In this document: one piece after another, positions 52,908-61,146 of the stretch
Position numbering within the stretch: position 1 is the first letter of the stretch
Layout of the letters: each line of letters begins with the position of its first letter
NCBI GenBank assembly: GCA_965223345.1
Contig: CBDCWG010000012.1
Location: forward strand, 3,104,001-3,168,000
DNA: 64,000 bases
Origin: Nitrospinales bacterium
GTDB lineage: Bacteria; Nitrospinota; Nitrospinia; Nitrospinales; VA-1
Direction of reading: 5' to 3'
Notes under the pieces: model-generated
Told to the model about the DNA's origin: nothing
What the model saw: the letters and a program-made list of their open reading frames with translations, nothing else
Database searches by the model: none
Translations under genes and position numbers: made by a program

Positions 52908-53484
52908 AAACTCTCCTCCGGAAGGGCCCCCCAGCCCTGTGTCCCTCTTAGACTGACTCGACGTCTCCCTCTCTTCCACAGAGGGTGCGACCGCCCACGC
53001 TGTGCGCGGAAAAACAAGCGCACTGCGCGATTATTAACTCAATACACGCAAAAAAGCAATTGCTTATCCATGTATTACCGCCTGTTTCGCTTCCTTTCGG
53101 CAACCGCGCGGCGGTTTGTTTTTCAGCTGTATGCATGGTGAGACAGTCATGAAAAAAATTCCCAATTTTGCCAGCAAAATAACAAATTTTGTCGTTCACT
53201 TTCGACTTGAAAAAACCCATCTGTTGTAATTCTGCGGTTTATTTTTTCGGCATAGAGTTTGCTCTTAATCCGGTAATTCTTTTTCATTTTGTGTCTCCAG
53301 GGTTTGCCCCGTCCCGAGTCCGCCTCGGGACGGGGCGGATCTGGAACCCTCGCAAATGAAACAGGAAGGCGCCTGTTAAGGCACGGAATATCATCCACAT
53401 TGAGACGAGTGACGGTGACGCTGGAACTTCAGCCCTTGCCTCGCGGCACGCTTTCCCTCTCTTGCATGAAAACCCGGGAATTCG

Positions 53485-53865
53485 ATGAAACGGTTCAAAA
53501 ACGCCTGGTTAATCCTGATCTTTCTGCTCGCCACGGGCTGCGCCGCAAACGGCGGCGGCATGGGGGCCGGGCTGTTCGGTGCGAATTCGGCGGAAAAGAC
53601 GTTGAATTACCCGGTGAAAGATGTGGTGAAGGCGGCGCATCGGGTGCTGGAGGACATGGACCTGCTCCTGATGGAGGACGACACCACGAGCGGCGGCAAG
53701 ACCATCAAGGCGGCGACCGTGGATCTGGATATCTACATCGAGCTTGAGGTTCTCACGACGAAAACCACGCGCATGATCGTGGATGTGAAGGACGCGCTCA
53801 CGAAAAAGCACAAGCCGCTGGGTGAGGACATCATCGAAATGACCGCGCTCAAGCTGGACGGCTGA
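53485..53865 (+). CDS. lipoprotein (DUF3568-like)
   Basis: Lipobox ATGC followed by GGGMGAG and an alpha/beta pattern. Confidence 0.65.
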   Translation: MKRFKNAWLILIFLLATGCAANGGGMGAGLFGANSAEKTLNYPVKDVVKAAHRVLEDMDLLLMEDDTTSGGKTIKAATVDLDIYIELEVLTTKTTRMIVDVKDALTKKHKPLGEDIIEMTALKLDG

Positions 53866-53893
53866 CCTCATCCCCGCAGCGCTCCCCTTTGTT

Positions 53894-54427
53894 TCAAACC
53901 ACGGGCTCCCGATACACCATCCCCTCGAGCATCTCTTCCAGGTATTTCTTATATTCCGGCGATCCGGAGTAACGGACGATAGTCTTTGTTTTGGCGATGA
54001 TCACCTTGATCTCTTCTTTGGGCTTCCCGTTTTCGGTCGTGCGTTTGCGCCAGCGGTCGCAGTCCATGGCGGAAGCCGTGCACGCACCGGCCTGCACCTT
54101 CTCGAAACCCCGGCTGGTGTAAATATCCTGCCAGGCGGAGAGCTCAAACCCTCCCTGACTCACAGAGATGCCGATGTGCGGATCGGTGCGCAGCCCCCGG
54201 TGCACGGACAAACGGAAGGGCCCGGCCTTTTCCCCCGCCACCAGATCGGCAGGCACGGGCACCCGCCATTGCCGAACGGCAACCGGTTGCGGATAGCGCC
54301 AATGCCAGTATTTGGTGAAGGCAAACTCCGCACTCGCGTCCGGGTGCTGCGACACCCAGAACACTCCGGCGAACAAGAGTATGAAATAAACTCGCGTGAA
54401 CCAGGCGACCAGCGGGTAGAGTTTCAT
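53894..54427 (-). CDS. hypothetical membrane-anchored protein
   Basis: N-terminal hydrophobic segment; 177-aa ORF. Confidence 0.55.
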   Translation of the reverse strand: MKLYPLVAWFTRVYFILLFAGVFWVSQHPDASAEFAFTKYWHWRYPQPVAVRQWRVPVPADLVAGEKAGPFRLSVHRGLRTDPHIGISVSQGGFELSAWQDIYTSRGFEKVQAGACTASAMDCDRWRKRTTENGKPKEEIKVIIAKTKTIVRYSGSPEYKKYLEEMLEGMVYREPVV

Positions 54428-54443
54428 AAACGGGCTCGGAATC

Positions 54444-54776
54444 TCACGGCTGAAGCAATGGGATGAACGGGGAAATGCTTGCGAAGGCCAGGATCAGGAC
54501 TCCCCAGGAAGCGTAGATGAGCGCGCCGTAGGAGAACATGAGATAGCGCTCCATCGCCGCCTGACCGGGTTCATCCAGGTGGTTTCGCCACGACTCCATG
54601 AACGGAATGTACAGGGTCCAGCGCACGGCTGGCGGCAGCTTGCGCAGGATCTCGCTTCCGGGCTTGTGCCTGTAGGACACAAAGATCCAGACCCCCATTC
54701 CCGACAGGTAGCCGATGCACAGCAACCCGAAGCCTGTGGAAATCATCTCGGTGGCTATGGATGCGAGGGAATCCAA
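54444..54776 (-). CDS. hypothetical two-TM membrane protein
   Basis: Two hydrophobic helices; same strand as, and 16 bp from, the next gene. Confidence 0.5.
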   Translation of the reverse strand: MDSLASIATEMISTGFGLLCIGYLSGMGVWIFVSYRHKPGSEILRKLPPAVRWTLYIPFMESWRNHLDEPGQAAMERYLMFSYGALIYASWGVLILAFASISPFIPLLQP

Positions 54777-54908
54777 GGTGTCGTGTCCGGAGCCTGCGGT
54801 GGGGTGACGTTTTATCTCACGATTGGCTTATCGGGAGAATCGGGGGTTTCTTGAGGTGAACCGAACCGCCTTCTCCCCAAAGGGGAGAAGGCTTTTTCCG
54901 GAAGAACG

Positions 54909-55313
54909 TCAATTGCTCTGGTTGATGCTCACGCTGTTGGACCCGCCGCCCTGGTTGATGACCGCGCGGTTGCCCTTGCCTTTCTGGACGATGCTGCTGC
55001 GGTTGTCGTCGCCCATCTGGCTGGTGAAGGCCTCGTTGTCCTCGCCTTCCTGGTCGATGTTGCCCTGGTTGCGGTCGCCCTGCTGCATGAGGGTCAGATC
55101 GTTGCGTTTGCCCTTCTGGCTGATGTTCTTTTTGTTGTCTTTGCCGGTCTGAATGATGGTTTTGCTGTTCTCGTTTTCATCCTGTTGCACGACGGTGTCT
55201 CCTTTTTTGGCTTTGGATTCGGCTTTCGCCGCCGATTCCATGGCAAAGGCGGGTTGGGCGGCCCACAAAACGAGGGCAGCCAAAGCGAGAATCCGGGCGA
55301 TGTGGGTTTTCAT
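54909..55313 (-). CDS. secreted curlin-repeat (CsgA/CsgB-like) protein
   Basis: AGGAG SD, signal peptide AFA-M, about eight 11-aa Q-x-G-x-x-N repeats. Confidence 0.8.
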   Translation of the reverse strand: MKTHIARILALAALVLWAAQPAFAMESAAKAESKAKKGDTVVQQDENENSKTIIQTGKDNKKNISQKGKRNDLTLMQQGDRNQGNIDQEGEDNEAFTSQMGDDNRSSIVQKGKGNRAVINQGGGSNSVSINQSN

Positions 55314-55627
55314 GACTTCGACTCCTGGACTGAGGATTTCGTATTCGGGATGGCGGCCGATGCTTCATTTAACCATTCCCGCAGCCGGATGCCAAGCGAA
55401 TCCTGGATAGAGGCAGACGGATCCCTGAAAGAGGGGTTCTTATCCGGCTTTGTTCGAGTGGGAAAGCTTGAAGAACCGGGCCGTTACCGATGGGGTCCGC
55501 CCGGGTGCTGCAAGGAGAATCGCGGACAGGCTATTGCGGGTGAACCTTGTAGAGACAAGCGCCCCCCGGGCCCCCCTTCCGGGTCCGGGAGCGTTTGTTC
55601 ACCCCTTCCTGCTGAGCCATGCCTGGA

Positions 55628-55723
55628 TCAGATGATGCCGCCGAACAGTAGGATCAAATTCAAGATCAGGACGCCTACAGCAAGAGCAACGAAATCTCTG
55701 AAAACCATTCGGTCTTTTTGCAT
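55628..55723 (-). CDS. 31-aa single-TM microprotein MQKDRMVFRDFVALAVGVLILNLILLFGGII
   Basis: Perfect AAGGAGG SD; charged N-terminus plus TM helix. Confidence 0.6.
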   Translation of the reverse strand: MQKDRMVFRDFVALAVGVLILNLILLFGGII

Positions 55724-55844
55724 GACTGTCCTCCTTTGGTTGAGGATGATGAGCCCCAAAGTTCTTTCAAGAAAAAGATAAGATAATCTTTCGTATCCAA
55801 CTCTACTCCCGTTGCCCCCAATGAAATAGGAAGCAGGGCACATT

Positions 55845-55868
55845 ATTTTGTGACCCAGATCACAAAAT
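55845..55868. promoter_or_regulatory. CRP-type palindrome TGTGA-N6-TCACA
   Basis: ATTTTGTGA-CCCAGA-TCACAAAAT, a perfect 9-bp inverted repeat in intergenic DNA. Confidence 0.65.
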
Positions 55869-56185
55869 CGCCGCCGCCTCGCCTCCCCCACTTGGCGCTG
55901 TCAAATTTCCGGCTGAGACAATCCAGCCCCGCCGTCTCAAACTGAAACCGCCCGGAACCGCGCCCCTCTTCGGAATCATCCGTGTGCGGCGGACGATCGC
56001 AAGTCCGGCGTGCCCGTTTCCCGTCTCCGCCGCGCAATCGTGCGCGCTTTCTGATCCATTGCCTTCCCCGCATCTCCCATCCATGCATCGCACCATGCAT
56101 GGTCCATGCTGTTTCGCAAAGGCAACGACTGCCCCGCCATCGCACAAGCGCTTACAGGTAAAGGGTTTGTAGACGGATTTTGTTT

Positions 56186-56201
56186 TGGCACACCGCATGC
56201 A
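56186..56201 (+). promoter_or_regulatory. candidate sigma54 (-24/-12) promoter
   Basis: TGGCAC-ACCGC-ATGCA: GG 56187-88 and GC 56199-200 with exact N10 spacing. Confidence 0.6.
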
Positions 56202-56211
56202 ATAACACGTT

Positions 56212-56319
56212 GGCAAGAAGGGGGAACGAGACCCCCGCTTCTTGAAAGAAGCCAAATCTCGCTGGGTCAATTAAAAGGGCTCTTGGCCGCCACAAGCTCC
56301 GAGAGCCCCTTTAATTTTT
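56212..56319 (+). ncRNA. candidate ~108-nt sRNA or attenuated leader
   Basis: Starts about 12 nt after the sigma54 GC; 5' hairpin CAAGAAGGGGG/CCCCCGCTTCTTG; 3' hairpin AGGGCTCTTGG/CCGAGAGCCCC followed by a T-rich tail. Confidence 0.5.
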
Positions 56320-56415
56320 AAAACGAAGATCGAATTCGCTGGGAATTTAGATAAAGAACACTGAATTTTAAAGTTTTAATCAATATTGACCGATACAAAG
56401 GGAGGAAACTTCAAA

Positions 56416-56505
56416 ATGGACTCGAATAAACATAAAAAATACTCCATGTATTACGACTTCTCGGCACTCGGTTATGTGCTCTGGTGTCTCTACCTGCTGT
56501 TCTGA
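56416..56505 (+). CDS. 29-aa membrane microprotein MDSNKHKKYSMYYDFSALGYVLWCLYLLF (paralog A)
   Basis: GGGAGG SD; shares YVLWCLYLL with 57689..57787. Confidence 0.7.
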   Translation: MDSNKHKKYSMYYDFSALGYVLWCLYLLF

Positions 56506-56784
56506 TCGTTCCGGGTCCGGCACAAGGCAACGATTATCGGACCTGACCACAACTGCGTAACCTGTCGATATTTCGACAATATTTCGAAATTCCGTCAAAA
56601 TTTCCCGCGTTTCCCAAGCAGCGGAAACCTTTGGATTTGTTAAAAGCAAACTGAACGTTTCAATCCGGATCTGCCTCCTTCGCTCATCTCCCGATCCTTC
56701 TGCCCATCGCGCAATCCTGCGCGCAATCCCGATTGCCCTGAGCGGCGTTTTGCATTAAAAATAGGTATTCACCTCAACGGCCGG

Positions 56785-57168
56785 ATGCTCATGCGTCTTC
56801 GTGCTACATTCGTTCTTTTTGGGTTCGCTCTGCTCACAGGAGGGTTTGTCTCAGGACCGGCTTGCGCCGAGACCTTCGAAAGCGGCGTGATGATCCACCG
56901 CGACATGATCTACAAAAGCCTGATCATCACCAGCGAAGAGGACCTGCGCTATTACGCCAAGGACAGCAAGGAGGAAAAGGTCTGGGACGAGTACCTGGGC
57001 TTCACCGAACTGCTTGAGACCATCGCCCGCTTGAAACGGAACGACCCGCTCTACCCGCGCAAACGCGAGCAATTGTTCCGCGTCATCCGTTCCTTTGTCG
57101 GCAAAGCGCCGCCGCAGGAATGGGCCGACAAGCTCAGGCACGCCTACAAAGACATTGAGCCCTATTAG
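56785..57168 (+). CDS. secreted hypothetical protein
   Basis: Signal peptide ending ACA-E; codon usage like the core genes. Confidence 0.65.
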   Translation: MLMRLRATFVLFGFALLTGGFVSGPACAETFESGVMIHRDMIYKSLIITSEEDLRYYAKDSKEEKVWDEYLGFTELLETIARLKRNDPLYPRKREQLFRVIRSFVGKAPPQEWADKLRHAYKDIEPY

Positions 57169-57308
57169 AATGGCACTCAGCGATGATGTTGCGATGGGGA
57201 ATAAATGGACGTGACGATCGGCCGAAAGCCGAACATCGCTCCGGGCGAGACGATCGCGGACAGCACGATCATCGGGAACTTCGTCACCCTCCCCCGAACT
57301 TCAGGAGA

Positions 57309-57488
57309 TCAGTGCAAATGGATTGGCCGGGGACGGCGGTAGGAGGGCGTGCGCTCGAAGCGCTTTTTGAGTTCGAGGAGCTTTCTCTGGCTGGTGAAAT
57401 AGCCGGTGTCGATTTCCCCGCGCTCCGCGGCCCGATGGATGACTTCGTGCACCCAGTTGTCGATGCTCTTTTTCGTGGGATCCGCCAT
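57309..57488 (-). CDS. 59-aa hypothetical protein MADPTKKSIDNWVHEVIHRAAERGEID...RPIHLH
   Basis: AGGAGGT SD; GC3-biased codons; just under the ORF-track cutoff. Confidence 0.6.
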   Translation of the reverse strand: MADPTKKSIDNWVHEVIHRAAERGEIDTGYFTSQRKLLELKKRFERTPSYRRPRPIHLH

Positions 57489-57688
57489 GAAACACCTCCT
57501 GAAGTTCGCTGCTGGTTACAGAATCAGGTTAGTAGCAAAGCCCATACCGAAAACGGAAGGGGAAAAAGATGATTGAATGTTCAAAGACTTAGCTGACATG
57601 CGCGGGATCGCGGTCCGGCTCGAAACGCTTTCTCCGCAGGCATTCTGCGGGGCGGTGCTGCATTTTACGGCAGAAGCCCCGATCCCTG

Positions 57689-57787
57689 TCAGGAGTTGAC
57701 GACCAGCAGGTAGAGGCACCAGAGCACGTAGATCAATCCCGTGACGTCGAAATAAAAGTGGCTGCGTTTGTCTGGCTGTGACTGCAT
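57689..57787 (-). CDS. 32-aa membrane microprotein MQSQPDKRSHFYFDVTGLIYVLWCLYLLVVNS (paralog B)
   Basis: GAGGT SD; shares YVLWCLYLL with 56416..56505. Confidence 0.7.
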   Translation of the reverse strand: MQSQPDKRSHFYFDVTGLIYVLWCLYLLVVNS

Positions 57788-57929
57788 GTTTCTACCTCGA
57801 AATGATGCCTGTGTATCCCGGGGGTCGTCCCCTTTTATCGCTGCACAAGGAAAATGCCACAAGCGTGTGAATCATTGTTTTCAATCTACGTTATTTTTCA
57901 AAAAGTAAAAGAGGAAGAGACCACAAAAT

Positions 57930-57949
57930 AATGTGACCTGTCTGACATT
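57930..57949. promoter_or_regulatory. CRP-like site with one mismatch
   Basis: AATGTGA-CCTGTC-TGACATT upstream of paralog B. Confidence 0.45.
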
Positions 57950-57969
57950 CTTATCGGCGTTTTTGGGCG

Positions 57970-57996
57970 AAAAAAAACCGGGCCGAAAAGCCCGGT
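57970..57996 (-). terminator. intrinsic terminator of the M41-like gene
   Basis: ACCGGGC-loop-GCCCGGT followed by a T-run on the minus strand. Confidence 0.7.
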
Positions 57997-58047
57997 ACTT
58001 CCCGCGCAGGCCGCGGTGTGGAATTTTTTAAGTCGAGGGACGACGGA

Positions 58048-58578
58048 TCAGCTTTCGATTTCCTCGAAGATATCCCTGATTTCCCTTCCCTTCAGGGTCT
58101 CCTTCTTCAACAGCTCGGAGGCCAGAGCGCGGATGGCTTTCCAGTTGCCGTTCTTGCTCACCAGATCCTTGGCGCGGTAGCTCATCCATTTAAGGAACAG
58201 GTCGGGCCCCTCCCCGTCTCCGCCGATGTGGTTGGCGGAATACTCGGCGTGTTTGAAATCGCCCCAGGCGCTGTCGTGGTTGGTTCTTCCGGCAAAGCGG
58301 CGTTCGGCTTCGGGACCCGCGAGGGAAATGAGAATATCGTTCTCAAAACTGAGGCGGGAACGCATGGAGTTGTTGTTCCTGCCGTCGTTCTTAATGACGT
58401 TGTTATGATGCACGTAACCCAGGCTGTCCGCATCCGGCTTGATGGTGACGGATCGTATTCCCACTCCGAGTTTCCAACAGGCAAAAGCGTGACCGGCTTC
58501 GTGAAAGGCAATGGCCTTGAGTTGCTTGGTGGGGTTTTTCACTTTCGTGGATTTTTTCTTTGTGGATCTTCTCTTCAT
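58048..58578 (-). CDS. stand-alone M41 (FtsH protease domain)-like Zn peptidase
   Basis: AFHEAGHA, VTI.P....LG, LAG..AE, S...DF..A, ALA.ELL..ETL.G.EI. Confidence 0.75.
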   Translation of the reverse strand: MKRRSTKKKSTKVKNPTKQLKAIAFHEAGHAFACWKLGVGIRSVTIKPDADSLGYVHHNNVIKNDGRNNNSMRSRLSFENDILISLAGPEAERRFAGRTNHDSAWGDFKHAEYSANHIGGDGEGPDLFLKWMSYRAKDLVSKNGNWKAIRALASELLKKETLKGREIRDIFEEIES

Positions 58579-59301
58579 CGAAACCTTTCCTCGGGGTGCG
58601 CGCTTGATTCATGAATACGGTTTGTTTTGCTTTGCCTTGCGATCCCGGAGACGGCCGGAAAGGGTTTCCGGCTGCCCAGCATCGGCGCCTGAACCGTATG
58701 CATCCAAAGGATCTCCACACAATTCTATCATCTTCGGGAAGGCCTCAGCAGTCCCCGATCGAGTGGATTTTTCGGTTTCGCTCATCCGATATTTCGTTTG
58801 GGAACGCGAAGTCGTGAACACCCGGCGATTTCTCAATGAGATACCGGTCCCGCCTCCGCCGCCACGGGACGGCGAAGACCCGTTTCGGCGCTCCCGTAAG
58901 GCCCAGCAAAGCAAATGTTATCAATGAGTTATATTTTTATGTGGCAATTGCGTCAAAAATCGCAGGGTGGGCAAAATTTCTTGAAAATTTTTTTCCGCAG
59001 CCCGCAGCGGAACGCACCCGGATGTGGCGGGAAAAGAACGGGCCGCTTTTTCCTTGGATTTCAGTCCTCATTGCAAAGGGGCTGGACTTTTCGTCAAACT
59101 TTTATGGCGAAAGCGGGAAAAGTATGATCCGTTTTGTAAGAACGTCAGTTCGGCATTCCGGGGAAATCATTGGGATCTTGAGCACAAGTCGCGATAATTC
59201 AGGGATAATCGAGTTAACCACGGTGAAATCGCTGTGTCGGCCCCGGCTTTCCCCCCTCCGGCGCGGCCGGAGGGCGTTCTGCGGGCTCTGGCGGGGCGAG
59301 A

Positions 59302-59856
59302 TCAGCTTTTGTCGAGCCTCGTGAAGCGGGAGCCGTCCAGGTCGCGGGCGTGCACCTTGCCCTGCTGATCGAGGATGAAACCGACGATGGGATGGCCCGG
59401 GTTGTGCGGGTCCAGCGGGTCGTCGCCGTTGACCGCGACGACCGATCCATCGACGCCGGCTTTCCAGCCGCTGTTGGCGCGGAACCGGTTGAGCGCCTGT
59501 TTCTCGGTGAACACCAGGACGAGGGTCTTGGCCTGGGTCTTGAGCTGAAAGCCCATGGAGGCGGCCAGCGTGTTGTAGTAGTCCACGGTCTTGCCGTCCA
59601 CGCGCAGCGCGCCTTCGCCGTACTCGCCGCCGATGCCGAAGCCCGCCGTGTGCAGCGCGGGAAACACCAGCACCCCCTGGGCTCCCTGTAAAAACCGGTC
59701 CGCCCCGTTGACTTCGTCCTGCACGCGCTTGAGCGCTGCATCGACTTTAGTTTCTATCTCCTGGGCGGTGCCGGCGTACACCGGGGAAGCCAGGATCCAA
59801 GCAACGACGGCCCCGATTCCGCAAAGCCTTATCCAGCGCGGGCTCAAGCTGTTCAT
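59302..59856 (-). CDS. Ysc84/SYLF lipid-binding domain secreted protein
   Basis: AGGAGG SD, signal peptide, A.GVLVFP...AGFGIGGEYGEG.L, S.GFQ. Confidence 0.85.
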   Translation of the reverse strand: MNSLSPRWIRLCGIGAVVAWILASPVYAGTAQEIETKVDAALKRVQDEVNGADRFLQGAQGVLVFPALHTAGFGIGGEYGEGALRVDGKTVDYYNTLAASMGFQLKTQAKTLVLVFTEKQALNRFRANSGWKAGVDGSVVAVNGDDPLDPHNPGHPIVGFILDQQGKVHARDLDGSRFTRLDKS

Positions 59857-60210
59857 GAGATAACCCTCCTGTTTGCAATGGTTTGATCCCCAATGAACGA
59901 GCAAGATCAATACCAATCTTAACTCATTGATATTAAACGACTTATAAAACACACCCCGAAAACGGGACGCGTGTTTTTTACGAAATTTCAGACATATTTG
60001 ATAAAAATATACCCACTTCCCCTTTGCTTATCCACAGGGGATAATGTGACATATGTGGCATTTCCGGCTGTCTCCGCAGGGCGGGAGCCGGGCGATATGC
60101 CTTAAGCACCAAAAAAATCAACTGTTTAGCTAAACAATCCCGGAATGATGGCTTATAATTGAATAGAGGAAGCGCCGCAGGGGTTCGCGTCTTTCTCAGG
60201 AGGTGGCGAC

Positions 60211-61077
60211 ATGCAGCTATTGTATCCCTTCGCCAAGCGGTTCATCGCGGGCGAGGATTTGCAGACCGCTTTGCGGGCGATCAAACGCATCCACCGCGCG
60301 GGTTTTTTGAGTTCGCTGGACATTCTCGGTGAAAACGTCAGCAACCCGGAGCAGGTGGAGGCAGCGAAAAACGAATACCTGGAACTGGTGCGGGAGTTTG
60401 CGGACAGCCCCATACAGATGGACTTTTCCGTCAAGCTGACGCAGCTGGGTCTCGACATCGATGCGGAGCTGTGCCGCAGCCATCTGGTGGAGATCCTGAC
60501 CGCCGCGGGCAAGCACACGGTGCGACTGGACATGGAAGGCTCGCTGCACACCGAGCGGACGCTGGAAATGTGCCACCGCGTGCAGCCGGAGTTTCCCAAT
60601 CTGGGGCAGGCGGTGCAGGCGTACCTGTTCCGCACGCAGGCGGACCTGGAAAAACTGATCGAGAACAAAGTCTCGGTGCGCCTCTGCAAAGGCGCCTACA
60701 AGGAGCCGGAGTCGATCGCGTACACGTCCATGGACGCCATCCGCGAAAACTTCCTCAAGCTCGCGTGGCCGTTGCTCAAGGAGGGAAACCAGCCGGCCAT
60801 CGCCACGCACGATGAGTATCTGCTGCAGGAAGTGCTGACGTTCATCGAAAAAGAAAACATCGACCGGGATTCGTTTTACTTCGAGATGCTGTACGGCGTC
60901 GGGCGGGACCTGCAGAAGATCCTGCTCAAAAAAGGCTACCGGGTGCGCGTGTACACGCCGTTCGGCAGCGCCTGGCTGCCGTACACGCTCAGGCGGCTGG
61001 CCGAAAAGAAGGAAAACATCCTGTTCGTGGTGAAAAACCTGTTCAAGGAAGCGTTCGGGCTTCGAAAGTTGAAATAG
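60211..61077 (+). CDS. monofunctional proline dehydrogenase
   Basis: RFIAGE, D.LGE, SVKLTQLGL, DME, QAYL.RT, RLCKGAY.EP, ATHD, Y.PFG..W.PY..RRLAE. Confidence 0.93.
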   Translation: MQLLYPFAKRFIAGEDLQTALRAIKRIHRAGFLSSLDILGENVSNPEQVEAAKNEYLELVREFADSPIQMDFSVKLTQLGLDIDAELCRSHLVEILTAAGKHTVRLDMEGSLHTERTLEMCHRVQPEFPNLGQAVQAYLFRTQADLEKLIENKVSVRLCKGAYKEPESIAYTSMDAIRENFLKLAWPLLKEGNQPAIATHDEYLLQEVLTFIEKENIDRDSFYFEMLYGVGRDLQKILLKKGYRVRVYTPFGSAWLPYTLRRLAEKKENILFVVKNLFKEAFGLRKLK

Positions 61078-61146
61078 AAAGTCATGCTCAGTCCCTTTGT
61101 ATCCAACCCGGCGAAAACGGTCCGGGCCGCATCGCACAGAAAGACC

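Noticed and set aside
53285..53312. c-di-GMP-I riboswitch (GGCAAACC on the minus strand)
   Set aside because: The GAAA tetraloop stem and the downstream GCAAAG/P3 elements are absent.
54868..54896. Terminator of the curlin gene
   Set aside because: Strong hairpin, but its T-run is on the plus strand, opposite to the gene; role unclear.
57301..57495. Listed 64-aa minus-strand ORF and overlapping 129-aa plus-strand ORF
   Set aside because: The alternative frame 57309-57488 has a properly spaced AGGAGGT SD and better codon bias.
57845..57859. sigma54 promoter TGGCATTTTCCTTGT on the minus strand before paralog B
   Set aside because: The -12 element reads GT rather than GC; too weak to call.
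60028..60036. Perfect DnaA box TTATCCACA as a replication origin
   Set aside because: Single box, no box cluster and no dnaA/dnaN/gidA context.
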